Shown one piece after another: positions 46,267 through 46,403 of a stretch of 46,403 nucleotides of DNA. Within the stretch, counting starts at the first letter, position 1. Each line of letters opens with the position of its first letter. The translations under genes and the position numbers were made by a program. The stretch spans positions 30,624,905 to 30,671,307 of the forward strand of contig NC_068982.1 in assembly GCF_001194135.2 (NCBI RefSeq), read 5' to 3'. This DNA is from Octopus bimaculoides (Eukaryota). The notes under the pieces were generated by a model, which was not told where the DNA came from, did not search any database, and worked only from the letters and a program-made list of their open reading frames with translations.

Positions 46267-46403
46267 TGCAACCGAAGCCGCGATCGCAGGTTGCACCCGG
46301 GCGTCGGGCCGAAAAACGGCTTCCGGCAGCGGTCGCCTCCGTGCGCTCGGCGTCATCCCAGCCGCTGGTCGTCGCCGGCGCCCGCTCGGCCGGGTCCGGG
46401 GCT
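46267..46403 (-). other. Foreign-looking GC-rich segment (bacterial-like)
   Basis: 101 of 133 nt are G/C over 46271-46403, against an AT-rich background; one minus-strand frame is open (APDPAERAPATTSGWDDAERTEATAAG...) with G/C at the third position in 23 of the first 24 codons. Confidence 0.7.

Overview
AT-rich, repeat-dense eukaryotic DNA from a gapped draft assembly (9 N-gaps, nearly all next to microsatellites). The SINE families resemble, from memory, those of Octopus/coleoid cephalopods; this was not verified by search. No host protein-coding gene can be supported, and almost all listed ORFs are microsatellite, N-gap or transposon artefacts. Recognisable content: a decayed near-full-length Penelope-like retroelement (RT + GIY-YIG, ~42.5-44.9 kb), four Tc1/mariner relics, a Buster-type hAT transposase relic carrying a nested RTE LINE and a nested hAT MITE, a second hAT MITE with perfect 8-bp TSDs, RTE and CR1 LINE fragments, many copies of at least four SINE-like families, and a solo tRNA-Thr-like pseudogene. 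The main unexplained signals are four hammerhead-ribozyme-like motifs (one nearly canonical), three of them in non-coding elements embedded in (TA)n microsatellites and one behind the Penelope ORF, and an abrupt 76%-GC, bacterial-looking 133-bp segment at the end of the window. Element boundaries are approximate unless TIRs/TSDs are quoted.
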